DNA of 64,000 nt, taken from the NCBI GenBank assembly GCA_965248535.1, contig CBDFJR010000005.1, positions 576,001 to 640,000 on the forward strand. Reading direction: 5' to 3'. Source of the stretch: Phormidesmis sp. (GTDB lineage: Bacteria; Cyanobacteriota; Cyanobacteriia; Leptolyngbyales; Leptolyngbyaceae). Within the stretch, counting starts at the first letter, position 1; each line of letters opens with the position of its first letter. The translations under genes and the position numbers were made by a program. This document shows, piece by piece, positions 19,849 to 28,901 of the stretch. The notes under the pieces are model-generated. The model worked only from the letters and a program-made list of their open reading frames with translations, did no database searches and was not told the DNA's origin.

Positions 19849-20685
19849 ATGACTTCGACCCTATATCAGCAAATTCAGCAGTTTTATGATGCCTCTTCTG
19901 GTCTGTGGGAGCAGGTTTGGGGAGAACATATGCACCACGGCTATTATGGGGCAGACGGTCGAGACGCAAAAGAACGCAGACAGGCACAAATTGACTTGAT
20001 TGAAGAACTGCTGCGCTGGGCAACCGTCACCCAGGCGGAAACTATTCTAGATGTGGGCTGCGGCATTGGCGGCAGTTCGCTTTATTTAGCAGAAAAGTTT
20101 GGCGCTCAAGCCACTGGGATTACGCTGAGTCCTGTGCAGGCAAATCGAGCCACTGAGCGGGCCCAAGCCGCCGGAATCAAGGCCCACTTTCAAGTTGCAA
20201 ATGCTTTAGAAATGCCTTTTGCAGATAACTCGTTTGACCTAGTGTGGTCATTAGAGAGTGGCGAACATATGCCCGACAAGGTGAAGTTTTTGCAAGAGTG
20301 TCAGCGAGTGCTCAAGCCGGGCGGCACCTTTGTTTTTGCAACGTGGTGTCATCGAGCTATCGATCGCCAACCGCTCACTGCCGACGAGCAAAAGCACTTA
20401 GCAGATATTTATCGAGTCTATTGTTTGCCCTACGTGATTTCGCTGCCGGAGTATGAGCAGATTGCTCACGAGGTGGGGTTTAAAGACCTCCGATCGGCAG
20501 ATTGGTCAACCGCCGTTGCGCCTTTTTGGAACGTCGTGGTGGACTCAGCCTTTACGCCAGCCGCCTTTTTTGGCTTGTTGACATCTGGCTGGACGACCAT
20601 TCAGGCGGCGCTGTCGTTGGGATTGATGAGTCGAGGCTACGATCGGGGGTTAATTAAATTCGGCTTAATTTGTGCCACAAAATAA
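19849..20685 (+). CDS. vte4: Gamma-tocopherol methyltransferase
   Basis: FYDASSGLWEQVWGEHMHHGYY, LDVGCGIGGSS, WSLESGEHMPDK, TWCHR. Confidence 0.88.
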   Translation: MTSTLYQQIQQFYDASSGLWEQVWGEHMHHGYYGADGRDAKERRQAQIDLIEELLRWATVTQAETILDVGCGIGGSSLYLAEKFGAQATGITLSPVQANRATERAQAAGIKAHFQVANALEMPFADNSFDLVWSLESGEHMPDKVKFLQECQRVLKPGGTFVFATWCHRAIDRQPLTADEQKHLADIYRVYCLPYVISLPEYEQIAHEVGFKDLRSADWSTAVAPFWNVVVDSAFTPAAFFGLLTSGWTTIQAALSLGLMSRGYDRGLIKFGLICATK

Positions 20686-20780
20686 CCTCAACGCTACAGC
20701 TTTAGAAAGGCAGACTCTGACGAAGGGCTGATAATTTAGCGATCGCTAGCCATAAATCTATCTATAAATCTAGGCATGAT

Positions 20781-21719
20781 ATGAGCCAAACTTCTCCAAA
20801 ATCGTCCGTTGCTTCTCCGTCAAATCCCGTTCAAAAATACGCTCCCTGGCTGTATGCCTTCTGGAAATTTTCTCGCCCTCACACCATCATCGGCACCTCT
20901 TGCAGCGTTTTGGGAATGTATGCGATCGCGGCCGCTAGTTTGCCTTTTGTTTTTGAGCCTTTTGTCTGGATTTTGCCTCTGCTGGCGTGTCTCTGTGGCA
21001 ATGTCTATATCGTCGGACTCAACCAGCTAGAAGATGTGGCGATCGATCGCATTAACAAACCCCATTTACCGTTAGCCTCTGGAGAGTTTTCTCGCAGCCA
21101 AGGGGTGACGATCGTCACCATCATGGGCATTTTGGCGCTTCTTCTCGCCGCTCTGCAAGGGCCCTATTTATTAGGAATGGTGGGATTGAGTTTAGCGATC
21201 GGCACTGCCTATTCGCTGCCGCCGATCCGTCTTAAGCGATTTCCCTTTTGGGCCTCGCTGTGCATTTTTAGCGTTCGCGGCGCGATCGTCAATCTTGGTT
21301 TATTTTTACACTTTAATCATGGGTTTCCGATTCCATCTAAAGTGTGGGCACTGACGCTGTTTGTGTTGGTATTTACGTTTGCGATCGCCATCTTTAAAGA
21401 CGTGCCTGATATGGAGGGCGATCGTCAATATAACATCAGCACGTTTACCTTGAGAGTCGGTCAGAGAGCCGTGTTTAACCTCTCTCGCTGGGTCTTGACT
21501 GTCTGCTATTTGGGCATGGTGATGGCTGCATTTTGGCTGCCGTCGGTGAACGCTCCGTTTCTAATCGTCAGTCATCTTGTGCTCGTGAGCGCTTTGTGGA
21601 TGCGGAGTCAAAACGTGGATCTGCACGAGCCGCGAGAGGTCGCGAACTTCTATCAATTCATCTGGAAAATGTTCTTTCTAGAATATTTGATTTTCTCGAT
21701 CGCCTGTCTTTGGCGCTGA
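20781..21719 (+). CDS. hpt: Homogentisate phytyltransferase
   Basis: FSRPHTIIGT, GLNQLEDVAIDRINKPHLPLASGE, KDVPDMEGD, FYQFIWKMFFLEY. Confidence 0.92.
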   Translation: MSQTSPKSSVASPSNPVQKYAPWLYAFWKFSRPHTIIGTSCSVLGMYAIAAASLPFVFEPFVWILPLLACLCGNVYIVGLNQLEDVAIDRINKPHLPLASGEFSRSQGVTIVTIMGILALLLAALQGPYLLGMVGLSLAIGTAYSLPPIRLKRFPFWASLCIFSVRGAIVNLGLFLHFNHGFPIPSKVWALTLFVLVFTFAIAIFKDVPDMEGDRQYNISTFTLRVGQRAVFNLSRWVLTVCYLGMVMAAFWLPSVNAPFLIVSHLVLVSALWMRSQNVDLHEPREVANFYQFIWKMFFLEYLIFSIACLWR

Positions 21720-21744
21720 GTCCAACTTAGAGAAAAATTCAATA

Positions 21745-21792
21745 CCAGTATTAACGTCAGTATTAACGCTAACATTAACACCAGTATTAACG
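21745..21792. repeat. 12-bp tandem repeat x4
   Basis: CCAGTATTAACG TCAGTATTAACG CTAACATTAACA CCAGTATTAACG. Confidence 0.85.
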
Positions 21793-21823
21793 ATAGTAGA
21801 GTGATCTTTGATCTCACAGCGTT

Positions 21824-22576
21824 ATGGTCACTTCAGTAGGCAAAGTTTATCTCGTCGGTTCTGGGCCGGGAACCGTTGACTATCTGACGGTCAAAGGCCA
21901 TCGGTTGTTAACTCAGGCAGACGTGCTCGTTTATGATGCCTTGGTTGATCTAGAGTTATTAACCCTCGTCCCCGATCGCTGCCTAAAGTTCAACGTAGGC
22001 AAACGAGGTGGACAGCCCAGCATGAAGCAAGACCAAATCGATCGCCTGCTGGTTGACCAATGTCAACAGGGTAACCAAGTCGTTCGGCTTAAAAGCGGTG
22101 ACCCGTTTATTTTTGGGCGATCGTCGTCTGAGATTCAAGCTCTCAAGTCCGCAGGGTGCTTATTTGAAGTGGTTCCGGGCATCTCGTCGGCGCTGGCGGC
22201 CCCTTTGCTGGCGGGCATTCCCCTGACTGATCTAGTGCTGAGTCGCTGTTTCACAGTTCTCAGCGCTCACGAACCCGATCGCTTAGACTGGCAGACTTTA
22301 GCCCAAATCGACACGCTGGTGATTCTCATGGGAGGGCGGCATCTAGACGTGATCCTTCAGCACTTGCAAAAACAAGGGCGATCGTCACAAACTCCGATCG
22401 CTGTGATTCGGTGGGCAGGGCAGCCTCAGCAGCAGATTTGGGTCAGCACACTGGCACAGATTCTGTCACAGACGGCAAACCATTCACTGTCGCCCTGTGT
22501 GATCGTGGTTGGCGAGGTTGTAGGGTTACGGTCGTTTTTGTTGCCTACTTTGGCTGACCCAACGCCCGATCGCTAG
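21824..22576 (+). CDS. cobA: Uroporphyrinogen-III C-methyltransferase
   Basis: VYLVGSGPG, YDALV, VVRLKSGDPFIFGR, VPGISS. Confidence 0.92.
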   Translation: MVTSVGKVYLVGSGPGTVDYLTVKGHRLLTQADVLVYDALVDLELLTLVPDRCLKFNVGKRGGQPSMKQDQIDRLLVDQCQQGNQVVRLKSGDPFIFGRSSSEIQALKSAGCLFEVVPGISSALAAPLLAGIPLTDLVLSRCFTVLSAHEPDRLDWQTLAQIDTLVILMGGRHLDVILQHLQKQGRSSQTPIAVIRWAGQPQQQIWVSTLAQILSQTANHSLSPCVIVVGEVVGLRSFLLPTLADPTPDR

Positions 22577-22657
22577 CGTCGCTGACCTCCCACAATTATT
22601 TCAACAGAGAGAGGTGACCCGTTCCGATCTATCCTGGTTCTTTATCTGTCAATTGCT

Positions 22658-23443
22658 GTGCCTACTCTTTCTCTCAAAACGATTCTGGTTACCCGATCGG
22701 CTGGGCAGTCTAGCCAGTTTACTAAACTGCTGCAACAGCAAGGTGCAGACGTGGTTGAAATGCCGACTCTAGAGATCACGCCGCCCTCTAATTGGCAGGA
22801 TTTAGACGACGCGATCGCCCGACTCAACGAGTTTGATTGGCTGATTCTCACCTCTGGCAATGCGGTCGAATATTTCTTTGAGCGGTTGGCTTCGCGGTTG
22901 CAAGATGTCAGAGGGCTAGCGGAGATTAAGATTGCGGTGGTCGGTGAAAAAACAGCATTTATTCTCAAGCAGCGCGGGTTACAAGCCGATTTTATCCCTC
23001 CAGCGTTTGTGGCTGACTCAATGGTGGTGAATTTTCCAGAACCAGTGAGGGGCAAGAAACTGCTGTTTCCGAGAGTAGAGACGGGTGGGCGAGAGGTGTT
23101 GATCAAAGAGTTTAGTGACCAAGGCGCAGAAGTCACCGAAGTAGCAGCCTATCAGTCGGGGTGTCCGGTGACGATCGACCCCGCAGCCTTAGCCGCTCTG
23201 CAAAGCCGTCAGGTCGATGTGATCACGTTTGCCAGTTCTAAAACGGTGAAATATTTTTGTCAACTCGTCGAAATGTCGCTAGGAGAGGGGTGGCAGACCT
23301 ATCTAGAAACGGTTGGCATCGCCTCGATCGGGCCTCAAACCTCAAAAACCTGCCAGGCGCTACTCGGACGGGTGGATGTAGAAGCTGAAGAATATACCCT
23401 AGAAGGACTCACTCAAGCGGTGGTGAAGTTTTTTCAATCCTGA
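22658..23443 (+). CDS. hemD: Uroporphyrinogen-III synthase
   Basis: ILVTRS, DWLILTSGNAV, AVVGEKTA, ITFASSKTV, SIGPQT. Confidence 0.9.
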   Translation: MPTLSLKTILVTRSAGQSSQFTKLLQQQGADVVEMPTLEITPPSNWQDLDDAIARLNEFDWLILTSGNAVEYFFERLASRLQDVRGLAEIKIAVVGEKTAFILKQRGLQADFIPPAFVADSMVVNFPEPVRGKKLLFPRVETGGREVLIKEFSDQGAEVTEVAAYQSGCPVTIDPAALAALQSRQVDVITFASSKTVKYFCQLVEMSLGEGWQTYLETVGIASIGPQTSKTCQALLGRVDVEAEEYTLEGLTQAVVKFFQS

Positions 23444-23591
23444 GTGTTTGACCACGATTCCATAGATTTTCCTGAGATCTCACCCTAGATAGACCTCTAT
23501 CGACTCCTAATGACAGAGAACGCGATCGCGATTGTTTCTTAGAGTAGTGGAGTTATAAAACTACATTTTCTAGTTTGTTGGAGCGTCTTTT

Positions 23592-24476
23592 ATGAACTCA
23601 TTCAGTCACGATCGTTTAGTCAAACGCATAGTTGCTCTTTTAGGAGCGACTGGGCTAGCTGCTTTTTCGGGGCTACCTGCTTTTGCTCAAGTTAACACCA
23701 ACAACAGTGTTAATGATGGGGTGCTCAATCCCAACCCTAGCATTTTGAATGAATATCCTTACAATCGCGGCATGTCTCCTGATGCGACTCAGCAGACTGG
23801 GCGATCAGTGGATTGTTCGGCCTATATCAACGGTGGCATTGGCGGCCCGATCGATAACGGCTCTAGCGATCAGGTTTCAGTGTCGGCAACATCAAACAAT
23901 GCAGACTCAAGTCAATCGAGTTATGACACTGCAACGATTCCTCAAAACCGTTCAGAAGCGATGAATCAGCCGAGTCCTTCTGCTAGCAGCTACGATTCAA
24001 ATCGCATGAGTCGAGACGGGCAGTTTTCGGCTCACAATCCCAACGCGGCGATTCCGTTTCGCACGAATGGCCCGGCAGGCACGGCTGGCGGTGAGTCAAA
24101 CTTAAACTCTGCACCAGACCCTCAAAATCGTCCGGTGGCCATGAATTCCTCTGATAGCAGCTACGGCGCGATGAACTCGATGACTAGCTCTAGCAACTAT
24201 GACTCAAACGGCATGAGTCGAGATGGGCAGTTTTCGGCTCACAATCCCAACGCGGCGATTCCGTTTCGCATGAATGGCCCGGCAGGCACGGCTGGCGGCG
24301 AGTCGAATCTAAACCTGCATGTGTCCAATGCCGATAACGGATTGTCAAAAATGCAGAGTGCGATGCCTTCAGAAATGACTAACCGGGCTTATTCTGCGCC
24401 CGATCGCTCTAGCTCTAATCAGAGTGCAAACCCAATTCCAGTCGAGTGTCTACCTGGCGGCGTTAATAACCGCTAA
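23592..24476 (+). CDS. Secreted Ser/Asn-rich protein with an internal duplication
   Basis: Signal peptide ending PAFAQ; two copies of SxYDSNxMSRDGQFSAHNPNAAIPFRxNGPAGTAGGESNLN. Confidence 0.8.
   Translation: MNSFSHDRLVKRIVALLGATGLAAFSGLPAFAQVNTNNSVNDGVLNPNPSILNEYPYNRGMSPDATQQTGRSVDCSAYINGGIGGPIDNGSSDQVSVSATSNNADSSQSSYDTATIPQNRSEAMNQPSPSASSYDSNRMSRDGQFSAHNPNAAIPFRTNGPAGTAGGESNLNSAPDPQNRPVAMNSSDSSYGAMNSMTSSSNYDSNGMSRDGQFSAHNPNAAIPFRMNGPAGTAGGESNLNLHVSNADNGLSKMQSAMPSEMTNRAYSAPDRSSSNQSANPIPVECLPGGVNNR
23983..24314 (+). repeat. Intragenic duplication of about 125 bp (23983-24107 and 24190-24314)
   Basis: Near-identical nucleotide copies 207 bp apart, in frame. Confidence 0.9.
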
Positions 24477-24520
24477 GACCGAGTAGACCCACGACAGACT
24501 GATAGATTGAGTCAGTGAAC

Positions 24521-24557
24521 TAGCGGATGAGCGATCGCACAGGTCGCTCATCCGCTA
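24521..24557. terminator. Hairpin between convergent genes (probable bidirectional terminator)
   Basis: TAGCGGATGAGCGATC-GCACA-GGTCGCTCATCCGCTA. Confidence 0.7.
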
Positions 24558-24631
24558 TGGTTTGGACATCTACCCTGCGCCCGATCGGTATTGCTAATCG
24601 AAGGATCTCATTCCCAAATCTCGACCCCTAG

Positions 24632-25819
24632 CTACCACTCAACCTGCGATCGCTCGTGCAGCACTCGCCCATAAACCGCCTCAGTCTGCTGGGCCAGCTT
24701 TGCCCAGTTAAACCGCACCTCCAGATCTTTGTAGGCATTTTCAACCAACCACTGACCATAGTCAGGATTCTTCAGCACCTCAATAATCCCCCAGGCCAGA
24801 GAATCTGGCTGGTTTGTCCAGGTAACGATCCCCGTTTTGCCATGACGAACGACCTCAGGCAACCCGCCCGTATCTGAAACCACCACAGGCACCCGTGCCG
24901 CAAAACTTTCTAACGCCACAATGCCAAATGGCTCATAGAGACTTGGAAAAACAGCACAGTTGGCGATCGTCTGAAACTTATCGAGATCGTCATCGGGCAT
25001 AAACCCTGTGAAATAGCACTTTTGCCAAATGCCTAAATTCCAGGCTTGCCCCTTGAGATAATCGCTGTTGCCCCCCCCAATAAAGATAAACTTTACTTGA
25101 GTCCCCATCGCTTGCAGGACTTTTGGCGCAGCACTGAGCAGCACAGCGATCCCCTTTTCGTAGGTCATGCGCCCCACGTAGTAGACAATTTTCTCATCAT
25201 CTCCGGCAAACCGTCGTCTAAAGGCTTGCAGGTCAACGCCAGGGCGACGCTGCTTTTTCTCAGCGCGAATGCCGTTATAAACCACGTCGATTTTGTTCCA
25301 AGGCGTGTGCAGCGATCGCTCTACTTCTCGCCGCATAAAGTCTGTGCACACAATCACACGCCACGCTTCATAGGCTAATCGCCGCTCTTTCTCATTCACA
25401 TAGCGCTGGGCCTCAGTGTGAACTCCATTATTTCGACCCCCCTCAGTCGCGTGGATGGTGGCCACTAGCGGAATTTTGAACAGATGCTTGAGGGCGATCG
25501 CGGCATCGTCCACTAACCAATCATGGGCATGAATGATCTCAAACGAGCCTTCCTCACCAATCAGCTTGCCCCCATGCCGCCCCATGCTGTCGTTCATGTT
25601 GGCGATCCAGTGCAAAAAGTTTTGGCTCTCGTCTACCCTGACCCGATGCACTTCTACGCCATCAACCACTTCATAGTGAGGAGCCTGACCAAACTGCACG
25701 GTGATCAGGTGAACTTTATGCCCTCGCTTGACCAGTTCTGGGTATAGCTCCGCTACATGACGAGCGATGCCGCCCACAATGCGCGGTGGAAACTCCCAGG
25801 TCAATACCAAAATCTTCAT
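24632..25819 (-). CDS. Glycosyltransferase family 4
   Basis: MKILVLTWEFPPRIVGG, HAHDW, TIHATE, PSLYEPFGIVALE. Confidence 0.92.
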   Translation of the reverse strand: MKILVLTWEFPPRIVGGIARHVAELYPELVKRGHKVHLITVQFGQAPHYEVVDGVEVHRVRVDESQNFLHWIANMNDSMGRHGGKLIGEEGSFEIIHAHDWLVDDAAIALKHLFKIPLVATIHATEGGRNNGVHTEAQRYVNEKERRLAYEAWRVIVCTDFMRREVERSLHTPWNKIDVVYNGIRAEKKQRRPGVDLQAFRRRFAGDDEKIVYYVGRMTYEKGIAVLLSAAPKVLQAMGTQVKFIFIGGGNSDYLKGQAWNLGIWQKCYFTGFMPDDDLDKFQTIANCAVFPSLYEPFGIVALESFAARVPVVVSDTGGLPEVVRHGKTGIVTWTNQPDSLAWGIIEVLKNPDYGQWLVENAYKDLEVRFNWAKLAQQTEAVYGRVLHERSQVEW

Positions 25820-26109
25820 CGGCCCCAGTCTCGACAATTCTTGTTTTCACTCTACAGAAACTTGGCAAACATGCTCACAGACCTTGCCCAGAACGCGATA
25901 ATCTATAGATATCCCAGGTAAATGGCTTGATCTGTTCTGCTTTAGATATCCAATCCTAGCTTTATCTCTAGCATTCCCGCCTAGAGTCGTCAGTATAGCG
26001 TTGTCGTCTCCCAGATAGAACTGCGATCGGGCGATGGCTCGGCTCAGTCAAGCCCAATAACCTGCCCTGATAGTCAACTAGCCCTGTCTGTTCTAGTAAT
26101 TTACTGACG

Positions 26110-27309
26110 ATGCAGGCACCTCCCCAACCGTTAACCAATGCTGAAGTGCCCCTACAGATCTTGCTATTTGTCGATCAGCGACCCAATGCAAAGGAGCAGA
26201 TTCAGCAGATTCGTCGCTTTTTGACCGATCTGAGAGCCGACTATCCGTTTGAGCTTCAGGTGATCGATGTCGGCGAGCAGCCTTATTTAGCCGAGCATTT
26301 TCGCCTAGTGGCTACGCCTGCCCTAATCAAGATCCATCCTGACCCGCGGCAGACCTTGACTGGAACGAATTTAGTCGCTCAACTCAAAGATTGCTGGTCA
26401 CGCTGGCAGTTCTCGGTTGAAGAGTTTCTAGAAAACCGGGCTGAGTTAGAAGGCTCTGTGCTCGAAGAGACTAAATCTTCTAACTCAGACTTACCTCCTA
26501 AAATTTCTTCGATCGCCCACTCTTCTGAATTATTGCAGCTAACCGATCAAATCTTTAATCTTAAAAAAGAAAAAGAAGATCTTCAGGCGCAGCTTCAGTT
26601 TAAAGATCAGATTATTTCAATGCTGGCTCACGATTTGCGAAACCCGCTAACGGCCGCGTCGATCGCCATTGAGACGCTAGAAATTGGTCATAAGGCGGCT
26701 GGGGGGCAAGGCTATCGCCTCACGCCGACCCTGACTGCCCAATTGCTCAAGCATGGGCGATCGCAGATTCGCACCATTGATCGCATGATCACTGACATTC
26801 TGCAAGCCGCTAGGGGCAGCAGCGCTGAACTGCAAATCTTGCCCCATAAGCTAGAACTCGGTGCCCTTTGCCAAACGGTTTTAGAGAATTTAGAAGAGCG
26901 TTTCCGCGCCAAGTCTCAGAAAGTCGATACCGATATTCCGAGTGATCTGCCAGTTGTCTACGCTGACGAAGAGCGAGTGCGTCAGGTTTTAATGAATATT
27001 CTCGACAATGCGGCGAAATATACCCCGATCGCGGGCACCATTCACGTCTCAATGCTGCACCGCACGGCTCAAAAGGTGCAGATTAGCATCTGTGACGATG
27101 GGCCGGGTGTGCCCGAAGAAAATCGAGAACGAATTTTTGAAGACCATTTCCGCCTTCAGCGCGACAAAGCCCAAGACGGCTACGGAATTGGTCTATCACT
27201 CTGTCAGCGCATCATCCGGGCACACTATGGGCAGATTTGGGTCGATTCTATCCCCAATCAGGGCAGTTGCTTTCACTTTACGCTGCCCGTCTATCGATTT
27301 CATGGATAG
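26110..27309 (+). CDS. sasA: Adaptive-response sensory histidine kinase SasA
   Basis: KaiB-like N-terminus ([21 protein letters not shown]), [10 protein letters not shown]-box, N/G1/G2 boxes. Confidence 0.93.
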   Translation: MQAPPQPLTNAEVPLQILLFVDQRPNAKEQIQQIRRFLTDLRADYPFELQVIDVGEQPYLAEHFRLVATPALIKIHPDPRQTLTGTNLVAQLKDCWSRWQFSVEEFLENRAELEGSVLEETKSSNSDLPPKISSIAHSSELLQLTDQIFNLKKEKEDLQAQLQFKDQIISMLAHDLRNPLTAASIAIETLEIGHKAAGGQGYRLTPTLTAQLLKHGRSQIRTIDRMITDILQAARGSSAELQILPHKLELGALCQTVLENLEERFRAKSQKVDTDIPSDLPVVYADEERVRQVLMNILDNAAKYTPIAGTIHVSMLHRTAQKVQISICDDGPGVPEENRERIFEDHFRLQRDKAQDGYGIGLSLCQRIIRAHYGQIWVDSIPNQGSCFHFTLPVYRFHG

Positions 27310-28437
27310 CTTACCGTCTTGTGCTCAAGACCCCTGACCTCACCTTGACGACTGATCAAGCGGGTCGCCACTGACTGAAAAATCTTTCAGAATAGTCTCT
27401 GGGATCAACATCAAAACTACACAAACAGCCGTCTATCTTTGCAGGAAATTTATTTAACATGACGTTTATCAGTGGTTTTACTGATGGTGTTGGTGAATCA
27501 CCCTTGCAAGGTGATAACTGCGATCGTTTCTGCGCTTTCTAACCAGTTAGCTCAGGGTAAATTGATTGAGGGTTGGTCTGCGATCGACTCATTTGAACTT
27601 GTGAGAAATTAATCGGATTTGCCGCCATAATCTGAGCTAACCTCAGGCTGATAACGCTAATTTTTTACAACTCAAAAAATTAAATAAGTAAACTAAGGTT
27701 AAATAAATCACACTTATTTAATCAGTACTGACTCCCTAAATAGACGTTTAATTTAGGGTGAGTCGATGTCAAATTCAAGAACAATTCGCTTTGAATCTGC
27801 CTTCATTACGGAGTTATTTGATTACCGATAGGTGCAAAATCGCACTAGTGAGTCTATCTCTCAAACTTAGAGCTAGAACTAAGAACTTGTTTAGATAGGA
27901 CTATTTCAGCCAGTCAACTTCTATGAAATTAAGTATAATTTTCTCGTTCAAGTATATAAACACACGATCTTATATCAGCGTTATACAAGTGATTTAGATC
28001 ACTTTTTAGGAAGTCAAAAGCCTCCGCTGACCGCCCTCACAGCCCTTAGAAGAAATTATTGTTTAAGCAATCAAGCACCTGCTATTTTTCGCCGAGTTCT
28101 TCTAATTTTCGCCCCTTCAAAAATGGGTGTTATTACGGTACTAATTCATGATTAACTCTCTTATAACTGACCGTAACCCCCTTCCGAATAAGGAATGTAT
28201 TAGTGAGCTTCATCAAATTGAATAAATGCTTTTACATTCCCAAATTTCATCTTGTTTGTTTGATGATTCAGCTATCTAGCTGATCTGAATTACTTTCTGA
28301 AGATGTTAGGTTTAAGCGCATGAAGAAACATTTGCATTCAGTTGCTCAAAGTGTGAGCGGTTGAAAGGCAAGGTTTTCCGCCAATCCTGATTTGAAGCCC
28401 TTATCCAGTTGTAGCGTCGTAGGGACTGCTTTCCTAA

Positions 28438-28713
28438 ATGAAGTACGATTCCTTGGAATGTCAACCCCCGAATAACCATGAGGTGGGTGTTTATGAGTGT
28501 GAGATTCATCTCAAGTTCAGATTAGTTGAAGAAAAGCGGGCGTTAAAAGACCGCGAACAACTTCTAGAGATGCTGCTTGAGGCATTCACTTGCGGCAGTG
28601 ATGAATATATGGAGCCGATCCAAGTCGAGGTAGAGGCTCAGGAGATTTCTGAAATTGCCGCCTCACCAGAGATGCGTCGTCAGTTGATTCGGTTGCGTAA
28701 CTCTAAAGACTAG
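28438..28713 (+). CDS. Npun_R1517-family small regulator
   Basis: VGVYECEIHLKFRLVEEK...ASPEMRRQLIRLRNS, recognised from memory of this cyanobacterial family. Confidence 0.7.
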   Translation: MKYDSLECQPPNNHEVGVYECEIHLKFRLVEEKRALKDREQLLEMLLEAFTCGSDEYMEPIQVEVEAQEISEIAASPEMRRQLIRLRNSKD

Positions 28714-28901
28714 ACGTTGGGTGAGTGGCACTTGGTGTGCCTGCACCCTAGAGTTAAGAAAAACCTGGCCCGTGATTCGATCGCCGCTGAGTGCTGCGTT
28801 GGGTCACGGGATTTTTTATGGAGAGTCAGAGGGTGCAACCTGTCGCGATCGATTACACAATAGAGGCACAATAGAGGCAGTCGATAAGGTTTCTAAACGC
28901 A

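Noticed and set aside
21745..21792. Pho box (SphR site) upstream of cobA
   Set aside because: Cyanobacterial Pho boxes repeat at 11-bp period with a CTTAACCT-like unit; here the period is 12 bp.
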